Shown: positions 35,969 through 45,840, counted from the first letter of the stretch. The stretch: 63,500 bases of DNA from an uncultured Bacilli bacterium (GCA_934098555.1 CAKOOQ010000002.1:1-63500); one strand, 5' to 3'. Translations and numbers: made by a program. Notes: generated from the sequence alone by a model not told the origin.

Positions 35969-37724
35969 TTTTTTTCTCCTCTCTTACCATAATTCCAAGT
36001 TCTTTTAGTTGTTCTTTTGTAAGGTTACTTGGCGAACCCATAAGGTTATCCGCACCTGTAGTACTTGTTGGGAAAGCTTGAACCTCTCTTAAGTTTGGCT
36101 CGTCTAATAAAAGCATTAATATCCGGTCTATCCCTGGAGCCATTCCTCCATGAGGCGGACAACCATATTGAAAAGCTGTATAAATAGAACGGAACTTTTC
36201 TTCTACATCTTCTTTTTTATAGCCCACCACTTCAAAGCCTTTAACTAAACTTTCTAAATCATGATTTCTTATGGCTCCAGAAGCCATTTCAAAGCCATTG
36301 CAAACAAAGTCATATTGATAAGCCAAAATAGATAAAACATCATCCGTATCATAGTCTTTAAGACCATGATGAGGAAGACTAAATGGATTGTGACAGAAGT
36401 CAATTTTTTTCTTTTCCTCATCATATTCAAACATAGGGAAATCTTTAATAATGCAAAGTTCTAATTTATCATTATCGATTAAAGCACATTTTTCGCCCAG
36501 ATAAGTTCTTATTAAACTTGCATATTTTAATGCTAATTTAAGATTTCGATTGGCAATAAAGAATAAAACAGAATTTGGTTTCATTTGACACACAGTAATC
36601 AGTTTTTTTCTTTCTTGTTCGCTCAAAAATTTATCAATAGGCCCCTTTAAGGAACCTTCGTTTGTTAAAGTAAGATAACCAATACCAGGCATACCAATAG
36701 AACTCGCATAGTCTACGATTTCATTAAACCAACTGTTTGACTTATCCCCAATATCAGAAACTAAAATGCTTTTAATATAACTTTTTTGAAAAGGTTTAAA
36801 CGTCGTATCTTTTAAAATATCTGTGATATCTTTAATAATTAATGGATTTCTTAAATCAGGTTTATCGGTTCCATAGTTATCCATAGCTTCTTTATAAGTG
36901 AGGCGTCTAAAAGGTTTCGGACTCACTTTTTTATGGGAAAACTTTGTAAAAACATCGTAGAAAATATCTTCGCCAATAGCTAAAACATCTTCTTCAGTTA
37001 CATAACTCATTTCTAAATCTAATTGATAAAATTCTAAGGTTCTATCCCGTCTAGCATCTTCATCGCGAAAACAAGGTGCGATTTGAAAATATTTAGAAAT
37101 GCCCCCTACCATTAAAAGTTCTTTGTATATTTGGGGTGCTTGAGGAAGAGCGTAGAACTTACCTTTAAAGTTTCTAGATGGAACGACAAAGTCTCTAGCC
37201 CCTTCTGGACTCGAAGCCGTTAAAATGGGCGTTTGAACTTCCATAAAACCTAAATCATACATTTTGTTACGTAAAAAATGCAAAACATCACTCCGTAATT
37301 TGAAGTTCTTTTGTACCTCTTTATTACGTAAGTCTAAATAACGATATTTAAGTCTGACGTCTTCACCTACTTTTTTACTACTTCTAATATCAAAAGGTAA
37401 AACACTTAAAGAACGACTTAAAACATCTAAAGAAGAAACAAGAAGCTCTATTTCACCTGTTTTTAATTTTGGGTTATACGTTTCTTCACTTCTTTTTCGG
37501 ATAACTCCCCTCACTTTAATAACGCTTTCTTTACTTAAATGGGCAAACATCGTATCATCATTGGAAACAATTTGCAAAGTATCCGTCGTATCTCGAAGGT
37601 CTAAAAATAAGACCCCACCATGGTCACGGATATTTTCAATCCAACCACTCACGGTAATTGTCTTACCGATATCTTCTTTTGTTAAATCTTTGATTTCACA
37701 ATCACGATAAAAATTTTCTTTCAT
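35961..37724 (-). CDS. aspS: aspartate--tRNA ligase
   Basis: 587 aa bacterial-type AspRS (OB N-terminus VSGWIENIRDHGGVLFLDLRD, FRDEDARRDR, GGMAPGIDR). Confidence 0.95.
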   Translation of the reverse strand: MKENFYRDCEIKDLTKEDIGKTITVSGWIENIRDHGGVLFLDLRDTTDTLQIVSNDDTMFAHLSKESVIKVRGVIRKRSEETYNPKLKTGEIELLVSSLDVLSRSLSVLPFDIRSSKKVGEDVRLKYRYLDLRNKEVQKNFKLRSDVLHFLRNKMYDLGFMEVQTPILTASSPEGARDFVVPSRNFKGKFYALPQAPQIYKELLMVGGISKYFQIAPCFRDEDARRDRTLEFYQLDLEMSYVTEEDVLAIGEDIFYDVFTKFSHKKVSPKPFRRLTYKEAMDNYGTDKPDLRNPLIIKDITDILKDTTFKPFQKSYIKSILVSDIGDKSNSWFNEIVDYASSIGMPGIGYLTLTNEGSLKGPIDKFLSEQERKKLITVCQMKPNSVLFFIANRNLKLALKYASLIRTYLGEKCALIDNDKLELCIIKDFPMFEYDEEKKKIDFCHNPFSLPHHGLKDYDTDDVLSILAYQYDFVCNGFEMASGAIRNHDLESLVKGFEVVGYKKEDVEEKFRSIYTAFQYGCPPHGGMAPGIDRILMLLLDEPNLREVQAFPTSTTGADNLMGSPSNLTKEQLKELGIMVREEKKNE

Positions 37725-37735
37725 AAGCGTCCTTT

Positions 37736-39100
37736 CTAGAATTCACAAGAACCAGGAACTCTTGGATAAGCAATCACATCACGAATATTATCCACACCTG
37801 TTAAATAAATCAAAAGTCTTTCAAAGCCCATACCAAAACCAGAATGAACCACTGTTCCGTATTTACGTAAATCCGTATACCATTTTAGCTCTTCCGTATT
37901 CATATGAAGTTCTTTCATACGTTTTAGAAGCTTATCATAATCTTCTTCTCTTTGACTGCCACCCATAAGTTCACCCGATAAAGGTACTTCAAGGTCTACA
38001 GCCCGAACCGTTTTACCATCTTCGTTTTGTTTCATATAGAATGCCTTAATATCTTTAGGCCAATCCGTGATGAAAACAGGGCCATGGAAGTATTCCGTAA
38101 TAAAGGATTCATGTTCTTTATGAATATCCTCTCCATACTCCGGTTCAAATTCCCATTTTTGATTAGCGTTTTTTAAAATAGTAATCACTTCTTCATGTGT
38201 TACCCGAGTAAAAGTACTTTTTGTTAACGTTTCTAGTTTATTAACTAGGCCATTAGAAACGAATTTATCTAAGAAAGCAAGCTCTTCTTTGCCATGCTCT
38301 AGAACATAAGAAACCACGTGTTTTAACATATCTTCTTCGATATCCATTAACTCGTCTAAATCACAAAAAGCTATTTCAGGTTCAATCATCCAAAATTCGG
38401 CGGCATGGGTTTTCGTGTTAGAATTTTCCGCCCGAAAAGTGGGTCCAAAAGTATAAACCTTTGAAAAGGCTGTCGCGAATGTTTCAGCCTCTAATTGACC
38501 TGATACCGTTAGAGAAGTTTCTTTGCCAAAGAAATCTTTTTTATAATCGACCTTTCCTTTTATTTTATCTAGAGGAAGTGTTGTTACTTGAAACATTTCT
38601 CCAGCCCCTTCACAGTCAGAAGCCGTGATTAAAGGAGCATTAAAGTAAATATAACCTCTTGTTTGAAAATATTCATGAATAGCAAAAGCCGCGATAGAAC
38701 GAATACGAAAAACCGCTTGAAATAAGTTGGCTCTTGGCCTTAAATGCGCAATGCTTCTTAAAAATTCTTTGCTATGTTTTTTAGGCTGCAAAGGATAATC
38801 TTTGGCACATTCCCCAAGTAACGTGATTTTGGTTGCTTTTAGTTCGATGCTTTGAGTACCTTCCCCCTTTTTTAAGATACCTTCTACTTCAATAGAAGAA
38901 CCAAAGTTAATCGTATCTACTTCTTTAAAGTTTGGTAAAGCCGTGTCATAAACTACTTGAAGCTTTTTCATAGAAGTGCCATCTGCTAAATCAATAAAGC
39001 CAAAATTTGAACCATGACGATGATTACGAATCCAACCTTTTACCTTAATTTCCTTATCCATTAACTTTTCTTCATCTTTATAAATATCCATTAAATACAT
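37736..39100 (-). CDS. asnS: asparagine--tRNA ligase
   Basis: Class IIb aaRS (GWIRNHR, FRAENSNTKTHAAEFWMIEPE, GFGMGFERL). Start chosen at MYLMDIY, after a GAAAGGA RBS. Confidence 0.95.
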   Translation of the reverse strand: MYLMDIYKDEEKLMDKEIKVKGWIRNHRHGSNFGFIDLADGTSMKKLQVVYDTALPNFKEVDTINFGSSIEVEGILKKGEGTQSIELKATKITLLGECAKDYPLQPKKHSKEFLRSIAHLRPRANLFQAVFRIRSIAAFAIHEYFQTRGYIYFNAPLITASDCEGAGEMFQVTTLPLDKIKGKVDYKKDFFGKETSLTVSGQLEAETFATAFSKVYTFGPTFRAENSNTKTHAAEFWMIEPEIAFCDLDELMDIEEDMLKHVVSYVLEHGKEELAFLDKFVSNGLVNKLETLTKSTFTRVTHEEVITILKNANQKWEFEPEYGEDIHKEHESFITEYFHGPVFITDWPKDIKAFYMKQNEDGKTVRAVDLEVPLSGELMGGSQREEDYDKLLKRMKELHMNTEELKWYTDLRKYGTVVHSGFGMGFERLLIYLTGVDNIRDVIAYPRVPGSCEF

Positions 39101-39120
39101 TTTTATCATCCTTTCTTTAA

Positions 39121-39345
39121 ACAAAAAAACCTAAGTAATTCATAAGGACGACTTAAAAAGCCGCGGTGCCACCTTATTTTACCTAGGTACTCTCAAAATA
39201 GTTTTATCGGTCCAACCGTTTTAAGGATATAAAGAGTTGTTATTTCAAAAAGATTTATAAAAGCCTTCTCACCCATTAGCTCTCTCTTTGTTATAAATTT
39301 CTTTTCTACTTTTCTCTTTCTCAAAAAGTTCCTCTTTATTTTAAC
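39121..39345 (-). promoter_or_regulatory. T-box riboswitch leader (Asn specifier candidate)
   Basis: The minus strand has an AGAGAGAGCUAAUGGGUGAGAAGGC stem-I element, AAUAACAACU with AAC followed by A in the specifier region, the T-box sequence AAGGUGGCACCGCGG, and a terminator ending in UUUUUUU. Confidence 0.75.
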
Positions 39346-39376
39346 CCTTTTTCTTTCATGTCGTCAATCTTTTTTA

Positions 39377-40258
39377 TTACTTTCGCATCATTTTATGACG
39401 GTATTCCTCTTTTAAATATGAACTGGATAGATGTGTATAAATTTCTGTGGTGCTTAATTTTTCATGACCTAAAAGTTCTTGGACCGTTCTAATATCCGCG
39501 CCATTAGAAAGCATATCCGTTGCATAGGTATGCCGTAAGGTATGAGGTGAAACATGTTGCATCAAGTTAGCTTCAAAGGCTCTTTTTTGGACAATTTTTT
39601 CAATACTAGCTCGGCTTAGCTTACCACCCTTTTGATTCACAAATAAATAATCATGTTTTTCTTTTTTTAATAAATTATCTCGAACATCTAAATAATCATT
39701 TAATGCCTCTAAAGCAACCTCTCCAAAATAAACAACACGTTCTTTTTTGCCTTTACCTACTGTATAAATTGTTTGTTCCTTCCTCTTAATATCATTTAAT
39801 TTAATATTCGAAAGTTCACTTACCCTTAATCCTGTTGAATAAAGAAGTTCTAAAATAAGATAACGTTCTTTATCCCACGCTGTTTCTAAATTAGGAAAAG
39901 AAAGGAGTTGTTCTCTTTCTTCTTGATTTAAAATATTGGGTAACGGTCTTCCTAATTTGGGGTTATGAATTTCTAAAAAAATATTTTTTAATAGAACTTT
40001 ATTTTGAACTAAAAAATTATAAAAACTTCTTAGACTACTTAGGTGTCTGGCAATACTTTTACTTGTAAAATGATTATCACTTAAGTATTTTAAATAATCC
40101 CGGATGTTTTCTTTAGTTAAAACTAAATAATCTTCATGATGCTTTTCTAAATAAAAAGAAAACTCTTTTAAATCATTATGATAAGCCATAACGGTATTAG
40201 AAGAAAACATTCGTTCCCTTAATAGATATTCACAGAACTCTTCTATCTTATTTTCCAT
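39377..40258 (-). CDS. tyrosine recombinase, XerC/XerD family
   Basis: FSSNTVMAYHNDL N-terminal domain and catalytic LRHTYATDML ... LGHEKLSTTEIYTHL, 293 aa. Confidence 0.85.
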   Translation of the reverse strand: MENKIEEFCEYLLRERMFSSNTVMAYHNDLKEFSFYLEKHHEDYLVLTKENIRDYLKYLSDNHFTSKSIARHLSSLRSFYNFLVQNKVLLKNIFLEIHNPKLGRPLPNILNQEEREQLLSFPNLETAWDKERYLILELLYSTGLRVSELSNIKLNDIKRKEQTIYTVGKGKKERVVYFGEVALEALNDYLDVRDNLLKKEKHDYLFVNQKGGKLSRASIEKIVQKRAFEANLMQHVSPHTLRHTYATDMLSNGADIRTVQELLGHEKLSTTEIYTHLSSSYLKEEYRHKMMRK

Positions 40259-40288
40259 TTAAATCACAGTTTTATTCTACCATCTTTA

Positions 40289-40317
40289 TTGTCAAATGAA
40301 AAGCTATCTGCTATAAT
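40289..40317 (+). promoter_or_regulatory. sigma-A promoter for murT-gatD
   Basis: TTGTCA-17 nt-TATAAT. It lies inside the 5' extension of the track ORF, so that extension is probably not translated. Confidence 0.5.
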
Positions 40318-40336
40318 TTTTGTAGGTGATGAAAAG

Positions 40337-41680
40337 ATGATGACAACTTTACAGATTATTGTTAACAAAAGTTTGACGTTTTTATGTAAATTATTTCATA
40401 AAAACGGTAGTCAATTTCCTGGGGCAATTAGTTATAACATGAATCAACATGTTCTAGAAAAAATTAAATATCCTAAATATGTTATTGGCGTAACTGGCTC
40501 AAGTGGCAAAGGAACTACCACACAGATGATTTATCATATTTTAACGGATGCTGGATTTGATGTGGTATATAATGCTTCTGGAAGCAACGGAATACGAGGT
40601 ATTACAACGCTTGTTTTAAATAATTGTACGTTAACAGGAAAATTCAAACATGACGTTTTACTTTTAGAATTAGATGAACGGCATCTTCATCTTGCGTTTA
40701 GTAAGAATAAAATGACGCATTTAGTCGTAACAAATATTACACGTGATCAACCGGCTAGAAACGGTTCTCCAGATATTATCTATGACGCTATTTTTAAAGC
40801 CATCGATGAAAAAACAACTCTTGTTTTAAATGCGGATGATCCAGGTATTATGAAAGAAAAATTGACTTTTAAAGGTGACATTGTTACTTATGGTATTAAT
40901 AAGACAAAAGATTCTTACTCTAAAAAAGAAAACTTTTCTGTGGATAATGCCTACTGCCCTAAATGTCACAAAAAACTCGTTTACTATTATTACCATTATG
41001 GCCATATAGGCTCTTATTATTGTCAAAACTGTGACTTTAAAAGAGGCAATCCTGATTTTACAGCTTCACATGTGGATTTAGATAATAAAACCATGCTTGT
41101 TAATAATAATGAAGTTTGTCTCAATAAAAATTTTCTTTTTACAGCTTATGCCACTTTAGCGGCTTATGCATTGTGTAAAACAATAGGTATTAAAGATAAA
41201 CAAATTTTATATGCTTTAAATGATGATATGATATCCTCTAAAAGAGGTCATGAATATAAAATGGATGAACGAAACATTTTAATGCTGGAAAGCAAAAATG
41301 AAAATGCTTTAAGTTATTACCAATCTCTTCGTTATATTGTTAATGAAAAAGGAAAAAAAGATGTTATTCTAGGATTTGATAATGTTTCTAGAAGATATAA
41401 ATATAACGATTTAAGTTGGCTTTGGGATGTCGATTTTGAACTTTTAAATGATAGTAGCATTGAAAAAATCTTTTTAATTGGTCGTTTTAAATGGGATGTT
41501 TTGGTTCGACTTAAATATGCCAAAATTAAGGCTTCTAAAATTGTTTTAATTGATGATTTGGATAACTTGATTCAAACGGTTAAAAAAGAATCGACGGGCA
41601 ATATTTATACGATGGTTTGCTTTGATATGACAGCAATTATTAAAAATAAGATAAAGGAGTATAATGATGGAAACAATTAA
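40337..41680 (+). CDS. murT: lipid II isoglutaminyl synthase subunit MurT (Mur ligase family)
   Basis: VTGSSGKGTT P-loop, a four-Cys ribbon (CPKCHKK...CQNCDF), a C-terminal DLSWLWDVDFE domain, and an AGGTGA RBS before the ATGATG at 40337. Confidence 0.8.
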   Translation: MMTTLQIIVNKSLTFLCKLFHKNGSQFPGAISYNMNQHVLEKIKYPKYVIGVTGSSGKGTTTQMIYHILTDAGFDVVYNASGSNGIRGITTLVLNNCTLTGKFKHDVLLLELDERHLHLAFSKNKMTHLVVTNITRDQPARNGSPDIIYDAIFKAIDEKTTLVLNADDPGIMKEKLTFKGDIVTYGINKTKDSYSKKENFSVDNAYCPKCHKKLVYYYYHYGHIGSYYCQNCDFKRGNPDFTASHVDLDNKTMLVNNNEVCLNKNFLFTAYATLAAYALCKTIGIKDKQILYALNDDMISSKRGHEYKMDERNILMLESKNENALSYYQSLRYIVNEKGKKDVILGFDNVSRRYKYNDLSWLWDVDFELLNDSSIEKIFLIGRFKWDVLVRLKYAKIKASKIVLIDDLDNLIQTVKKESTGNIYTMVCFDMTAIIKNKIKEYNDGNN

Positions 41681-42404
41681 AATTGCACATTTATACTATG
41701 ATTTAATGAATCTTTATGGTGAACATGGTAACGTAAGAGGTCTTACGCATCATTTAGAAAATCATGGTATCCGAGTTATCGTCCATAATTTATCAATTGA
41801 TGATAAAATAAAATTCGATGATTATGATATTTTCTACATCGGTAGTGGTGCCAAAGAATCCTTTCTTCTTTCTTTAAATGATTTATTAAAACGCAAAGAT
41901 GAAGTTATAAAAGCTTTTAATAAAAATAAATTCTTTTTTGTCACAGGAAATGCTCTAGACTTTTTTGGCGAAAGTTTTACGACGATTGACAATGTTAAAT
42001 ATGAAACGCTTGGCCTTTTTAAATATCAAAGTGTTGAAACAGATTTTCGAATTGTAGGTGAACAAGTCTTTAATGCTAGAGATTTAAAAGATGAAATTAT
42101 TGGTTTTGAAAATCGAAATTCGGTTTTAAAAAACGTTCGAGAAAAGCCTTTATTTACTGTTAAAGACGGTACAGGATACGCACCAAATGAAACGACAGAT
42201 GGCATTTTAAAAAAGCACTTCTATGGCACATATTTACTTGGTCCTCTTTTCATTCGTAATCCTTATTTTACTGAAAAAGTAATTAAAGAGATTTTAAAAC
42301 AAAGAAAATTAGAATACACCCCCTTCAATGATGATGTAGAAATAACGGCTTATCGGGAATATCAAAAAAACTTGTTAAAAGAAGAAGATATAGAAAAAGA
42401 ATAA
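41664..42404 (+). CDS. gatD: GatD-like (CobQ-type glutamine amidotransferase fold) partner of MurT, apparently lacking the catalytic residues
   Basis: Collinear with S. aureus GatD (LYGEHGN, DIFYIGSG, IIGFENR, GTYLLGP). It contains no Cys residue at all, and the position of the catalytic His reads Leu. Confidence 0.65.
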   Translation: MMETIKIAHLYYDLMNLYGEHGNVRGLTHHLENHGIRVIVHNLSIDDKIKFDDYDIFYIGSGAKESFLLSLNDLLKRKDEVIKAFNKNKFFFVTGNALDFFGESFTTIDNVKYETLGLFKYQSVETDFRIVGEQVFNARDLKDEIIGFENRNSVLKNVREKPLFTVKDGTGYAPNETTDGILKKHFYGTYLLGPLFIRNPYFTEKVIKEILKQRKLEYTPFNDDVEITAYREYQKNLLKEEDIEKE

Positions 42405-42433
42405 GATGAAATAAAAACTCTTATTCTTTTTTT
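42397..42433. terminator. bidirectional terminator
   Basis: AAGAATAAG-N14-CTTATTCTT followed by a T-run. Confidence 0.5.
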
Positions 42434-42440
42434 AATATCC

Positions 42441-42836
42441 TTAATCAATCGAGTCAATAGAACAGGTAAATTCATTATTTTGATAGGTTATCAAAATGGG
42501 TGTTGAGTTAGACAGACGTTCTTTATTACGGGGATCTACTAAATCTTCATCGCTAATAAGACCTTGTTCTAAAAGACGTCCGACAGTAACGGAACACGTT
42601 TTTTTACTGATACATGTACTCTTTAAGCTTTTGTTAGGATTTTCTTCATCTTTAGCGGCATTTAAATGAATATAACTACAGGCAGCCTTCGTAAGAGATT
42701 CTTTGAAAGAAGCATACTGTTTATCTTGCTGCTTATTTAATAAACCACTCATATTTGAAACGATAACCATTCCTAAAAGACCTAAAAGACCAATGGTTAT
42801 TACAAGCTCCACTAATGTAAATCCCTTTTTATTCAT
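42441..42836 (-). CDS. type IV pilin / competence pseudopilin-like protein
   Basis: Class III signal peptide MNKKG/FTLVELVITIGLLGLL (prepilin cleavage/methylation motif). Confidence 0.8.
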   Translation of the reverse strand: MNKKGFTLVELVITIGLLGLLGMVIVSNMSGLLNKQQDKQYASFKESLTKAACSYIHLNAAKDEENPNKSLKSTCISKKTCSVTVGRLLEQGLISDEDLVDPRNKERLSNSTPILITYQNNEFTCSIDSID

Positions 42837-43704
42837 TTTTCTCACCTATTTTCTGTCCACATTGTACCACAGCTTCGTATCCTTTTAAAGATTTAGTCAA
42901 CAATTCTTGAGGCTTTTTTAAAACATCTTTAGAAAACATAACTAAAACCGTTGAACCCCCAAAGAAAAACATTCCTTTTTCCATACCACGCTTAAATTCT
43001 TTTTGATAATGGTTTTTAATTTTACCTACTCCTAAAGCCCCAACTTCCATATATAATACATCTTGAAAGTTCTTGGTCTTTAAAAGAGAATATTCCCGCG
43101 TATTTTCTAAATAGACCTTCTTTTTCTTTAAAGCAACATCTCGAACCGTGTGAAATGCCCCCTTTATGCTTTTAGCAAATAGAAGTGAGCCATCATCAAA
43201 ATAATGATATCGATGATAATGTGTTGGGATTAATCTAAAAACATAAAGATAACCTCCTTGGTATTTTTTAGCCAAGCCATGGTTTAAAAGAAGTTCTTCT
43301 AAAGAGTACGATAAACCTTTTACTTGAAATGTACTTTTCTCATCAATTCGATAGGCACTTAAATAAGCATCACAAGGCGCGTAGAGGCTATCATTATCTT
43401 TACCAAAAGTCACTTTCTTCTTCTCTCTGGTAAAAAAATCATTAAAACTTTGATATTTTTTTTCTTTATATATGTTCATATCTAACTTATTTTTAGAAAT
43501 AAAAGAGGGAATTAAAGCCTTAGAAAATTTAGAATCATAAAAATAGCCCATAAAAAGACTGACTTTTTTTGAAGTTATAAAAGGAAGCAATTTTTGCCCG
43601 AGATAAGAATCATAAAGAAAAGATAAAAAAATATTTTCTTGATACTCTTTTACATACAAAAGTAAAGAAGTGCACTCACAAGAATTATCCCGTATATCAC
43701 ACAT
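42829..43704 (-). CDS. psd: phosphatidylserine decarboxylase proenzyme
   Basis: C-terminal self-cleavage motif FFFGGSTVLVMF. Position is downstream of pssA. The start is uncertain because the ORF overlaps pssA by 55 nt. Confidence 0.8.
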   Translation of the reverse strand: MCDIRDNSCECTSLLLYVKEYQENIFLSFLYDSYLGQKLLPFITSKKVSLFMGYFYDSKFSKALIPSFISKNKLDMNIYKEKKYQSFNDFFTREKKKVTFGKDNDSLYAPCDAYLSAYRIDEKSTFQVKGLSYSLEELLLNHGLAKKYQGGYLYVFRLIPTHYHRYHYFDDGSLLFAKSIKGAFHTVRDVALKKKKVYLENTREYSLLKTKNFQDVLYMEVGALGVGKIKNHYQKEFKRGMEKGMFFFGGSTVLVMFSKDVLKKPQELLTKSLKGYEAVVQCGQKIGEKNE

Positions 43705-44270
43705 ACTATCTCGCCCTTTCCTTTTAAATGAGGAACTTGGATTTTAGATATTTGTAAAAAAGCAACAATTATCATGGCAAGAACATAAAAGTATGGCAAA
43801 TAAGTTGGAAAAAAGGAAAGCAGAAAATAAACCGTCGGGAAAATAATCGCCGCAGGAGTCACTGGAAGTCCCGTGTAATATTTACGAGATTCCTTCTCTT
43901 TAGTTCTTCTTATTTCTTCATCCACATTAAAATAGGCTAATCTAGAAATGGCCGTCAAAAGATAAAACAAAGATAAAATTTGTAAAATACCATGATCTTT
44001 GGTGAGAGCCAAACTAATAAATAAAGGGGCTGCTCCAAAACAAATAACATCCGATAAAGAATCGAGCTGAATGCCATAACGAATGGCAAAATCACCACGC
44101 TTTTTTTTCGTCCTAGCAACGGTTCCGTCCAAAGAATCAAAAAGACCCGCTAGAATAAGGCTTAAAAAGCTATAGATTATTTGACCTGACATGGCCAAAT
44201 AAATACTTAAAATACCACATAAAGTTCCTAAAAACGTAAATAACGTTGTATAATCAAAAATTCCTATCAT
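43650..44270 (-). CDS. pssA: CDP-diacylglycerol--serine O-phosphatidyltransferase
   Basis: CDP-alcohol phosphatidyltransferase motif DSLDGTVAR...G...DSLSD. Polytopic. Confidence 0.85.
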   Translation of the reverse strand: MIGIFDYTTLFTFLGTLCGILSIYLAMSGQIIYSFLSLILAGLFDSLDGTVARTKKKRGDFAIRYGIQLDSLSDVICFGAAPLFISLALTKDHGILQILSLFYLLTAISRLAYFNVDEEIRRTKEKESRKYYTGLPVTPAAIIFPTVYFLLSFFPTYLPYFYVLAMIIVAFLQISKIQVPHLKGKGEIVCVIYGIILVSALLYFCM

Positions 44271-45298
44271 AAATCTACTACTCTCTTTCTTTTTATTAAA
44301 TGAAAAATGGAATAAAATAAAGCACTTATTAAAACAAATAAATAAAAATTTATGCTTCGTAATAATATCATTGCCGAGGCTTTGTAGGTCGGCCCATAGA
44401 TAGCCTCATTAACCTTTAAAAGAAGGTTTTCGCTGACCACAACACCCCCAGGGAAAGGCACAAAATCACTGGCCAAAGTAATACCAACTTGAAATGCTAT
44501 TAAAGAAAACAAAGAATATCCTTCTAAAGGAAAAGATAAATAAACAACATAACTAACGCTTAATAAGGAAAGTCGTTGCATAAGCATATAAAAAAGACCT
44601 TCTAAAAGAATTTTAGGTTTTTCTTTTGTTATCTTTGCACATTTTTGATAGTCTTCTAAAGCTTGTTTTAAAGCCTTTTTCTTTGCTTCTTCATTTTTGA
44701 TAAAGTGCATTTTTGAACCCAAATGAATAAGATTGAAAATAAATTTAGGAAAAATTTTCTTACTATAAACCATTAGAAGGAAAAGAAAGACTACCAGTAA
44801 GGTCGTTACAAAGCCAAAAAGGACCAAAATGGTAAAAAGTTGATTGGTGTGAAATAATAAAGAAGCATAAAAAGGAAATAAAATAAGTGCTAAAAGAAGT
44901 AAAGCTATTTTATAAAGAATCGTATTTAATAAAATAATAAGACTATTAATACGATAAGGAATGCCATCTTTACTCATCTCATACATTTCAACTGGTTGAC
45001 CTCCCATGCTACTAGGTGTTATCGCTGAAAAATAGTTTTCTGTACAAACATAGCCTATGGCTTGAAAAAGAGTCATTTTCTTACCAAAATGATTCAGCAT
45101 CCGTTTTAAAAATATGGCTGCCCAAAAAACATAAAAACCCATCAGAAAAACGCCTAAAATTAAAATGTGTGGTTCGCATTTTTGAAAAGCCATTATCAAT
45201 GATGAAAAAGAATAATCTTTCAAAATAAAATAATAGGTGGCCAACAAAAGCAAGATGAAAAATAATATAAATAAAATATACCTCTTCTTAGACTTCAT
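44267..45298 (-). CDS. flippase-like membrane protein (lysyl-PG synthase TM-region family)
   Basis: Polytopic, 343 aa, with an ITPSSMGGQPVEMYEMSKDGI motif typical of that family. Confidence 0.55.
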   Translation of the reverse strand: MKSKKRYILFILFFILLLLATYYFILKDYSFSSLIMAFQKCEPHILILGVFLMGFYVFWAAIFLKRMLNHFGKKMTLFQAIGYVCTENYFSAITPSSMGGQPVEMYEMSKDGIPYRINSLIILLNTILYKIALLLLALILFPFYASLLFHTNQLFTILVLFGFVTTLLVVFLFLLMVYSKKIFPKFIFNLIHLGSKMHFIKNEEAKKKALKQALEDYQKCAKITKEKPKILLEGLFYMLMQRLSLLSVSYVVYLSFPLEGYSLFSLIAFQVGITLASDFVPFPGGVVVSENLLLKVNEAIYGPTYKASAMILLRSINFYLFVLISALFYSIFHLIKRKRVVDL

Positions 45299-45544
45299 TT
45301 TATCACCATCTTAATGGTAGCATAGAAAAATCAAAAAAGCTAGGATTTGCCCTAACTTTTGTTTTCTAATTTTTCTTTCCAATTCAAAATACATTTCACT
45401 TGCTAATGATATAGCTTTAAAAATTTATCTTAAAAATAATTTAAAGGACCTAAACGTCTAGAAAAAAGTATTTAAAACCTTTTATCTTTAAAGAAGAGTG
45501 TTCTTAAATATAAAAGACTTTTTAAATGCATATCAAGAAGGTAA

Positions 45545-45808
45545 AGGCATCCCATCTTTTTTGTTTCAATTTTTGATAGAAAAAACTTAAAAGATACAGA
45601 CGTTTACGACAAAGTCTATCTTAATAGACGCTTATTTTCTAAAATTCATAATTCTAAAATCTAACGTTAAAGTAAAGAAGCGGTTCTTCTTTTTGCTATT
45701 GTCCTAGAACTTTCCGAAGAAGAATTAGAATCTCTTTTAGAAAGAACCTCTTATTCTCCTTTCAAAAACAATCCTTATGATTTAATTATTCGTTTTAAAG
45801 GACTATAA
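45545..45808 (+). pseudogene. decayed HTH-type regulator gene with two in-frame stop codons
   Basis: The frame reads ...KNLKDTDVYDKVYLNRRLFSKIHNSKI*R*SKEAVLLFAIVLELSEEELESLLERTSYSPFKNNPYDLIIRF. This matches a common Clostridia/Firmicutes family (DxxVYKKAxIDRxLFSKI...PSKxT...aLxLxLxxxExxxLLxxAGYxLSxSxxFDLII). Stops at 45662 and 45668. No start codon. Confidence 0.55.
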
Positions 45809-45840
45809 TTATAGACTGTTTCACTACTAAAAAAAGAACT

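Noticed and set aside
43955-45228. Short ORFs at 43955-44140 and 45016-45228 inside the pssA and flippase-like genes. Similar ones occur at 26281-26469, 26806-27042, 31365-31925, 42703-42888, 50673-51000, 55464-55909 and 57959-58151.
   Set aside because: They are internal or antisense to well-supported longer genes and have no independent evidence.
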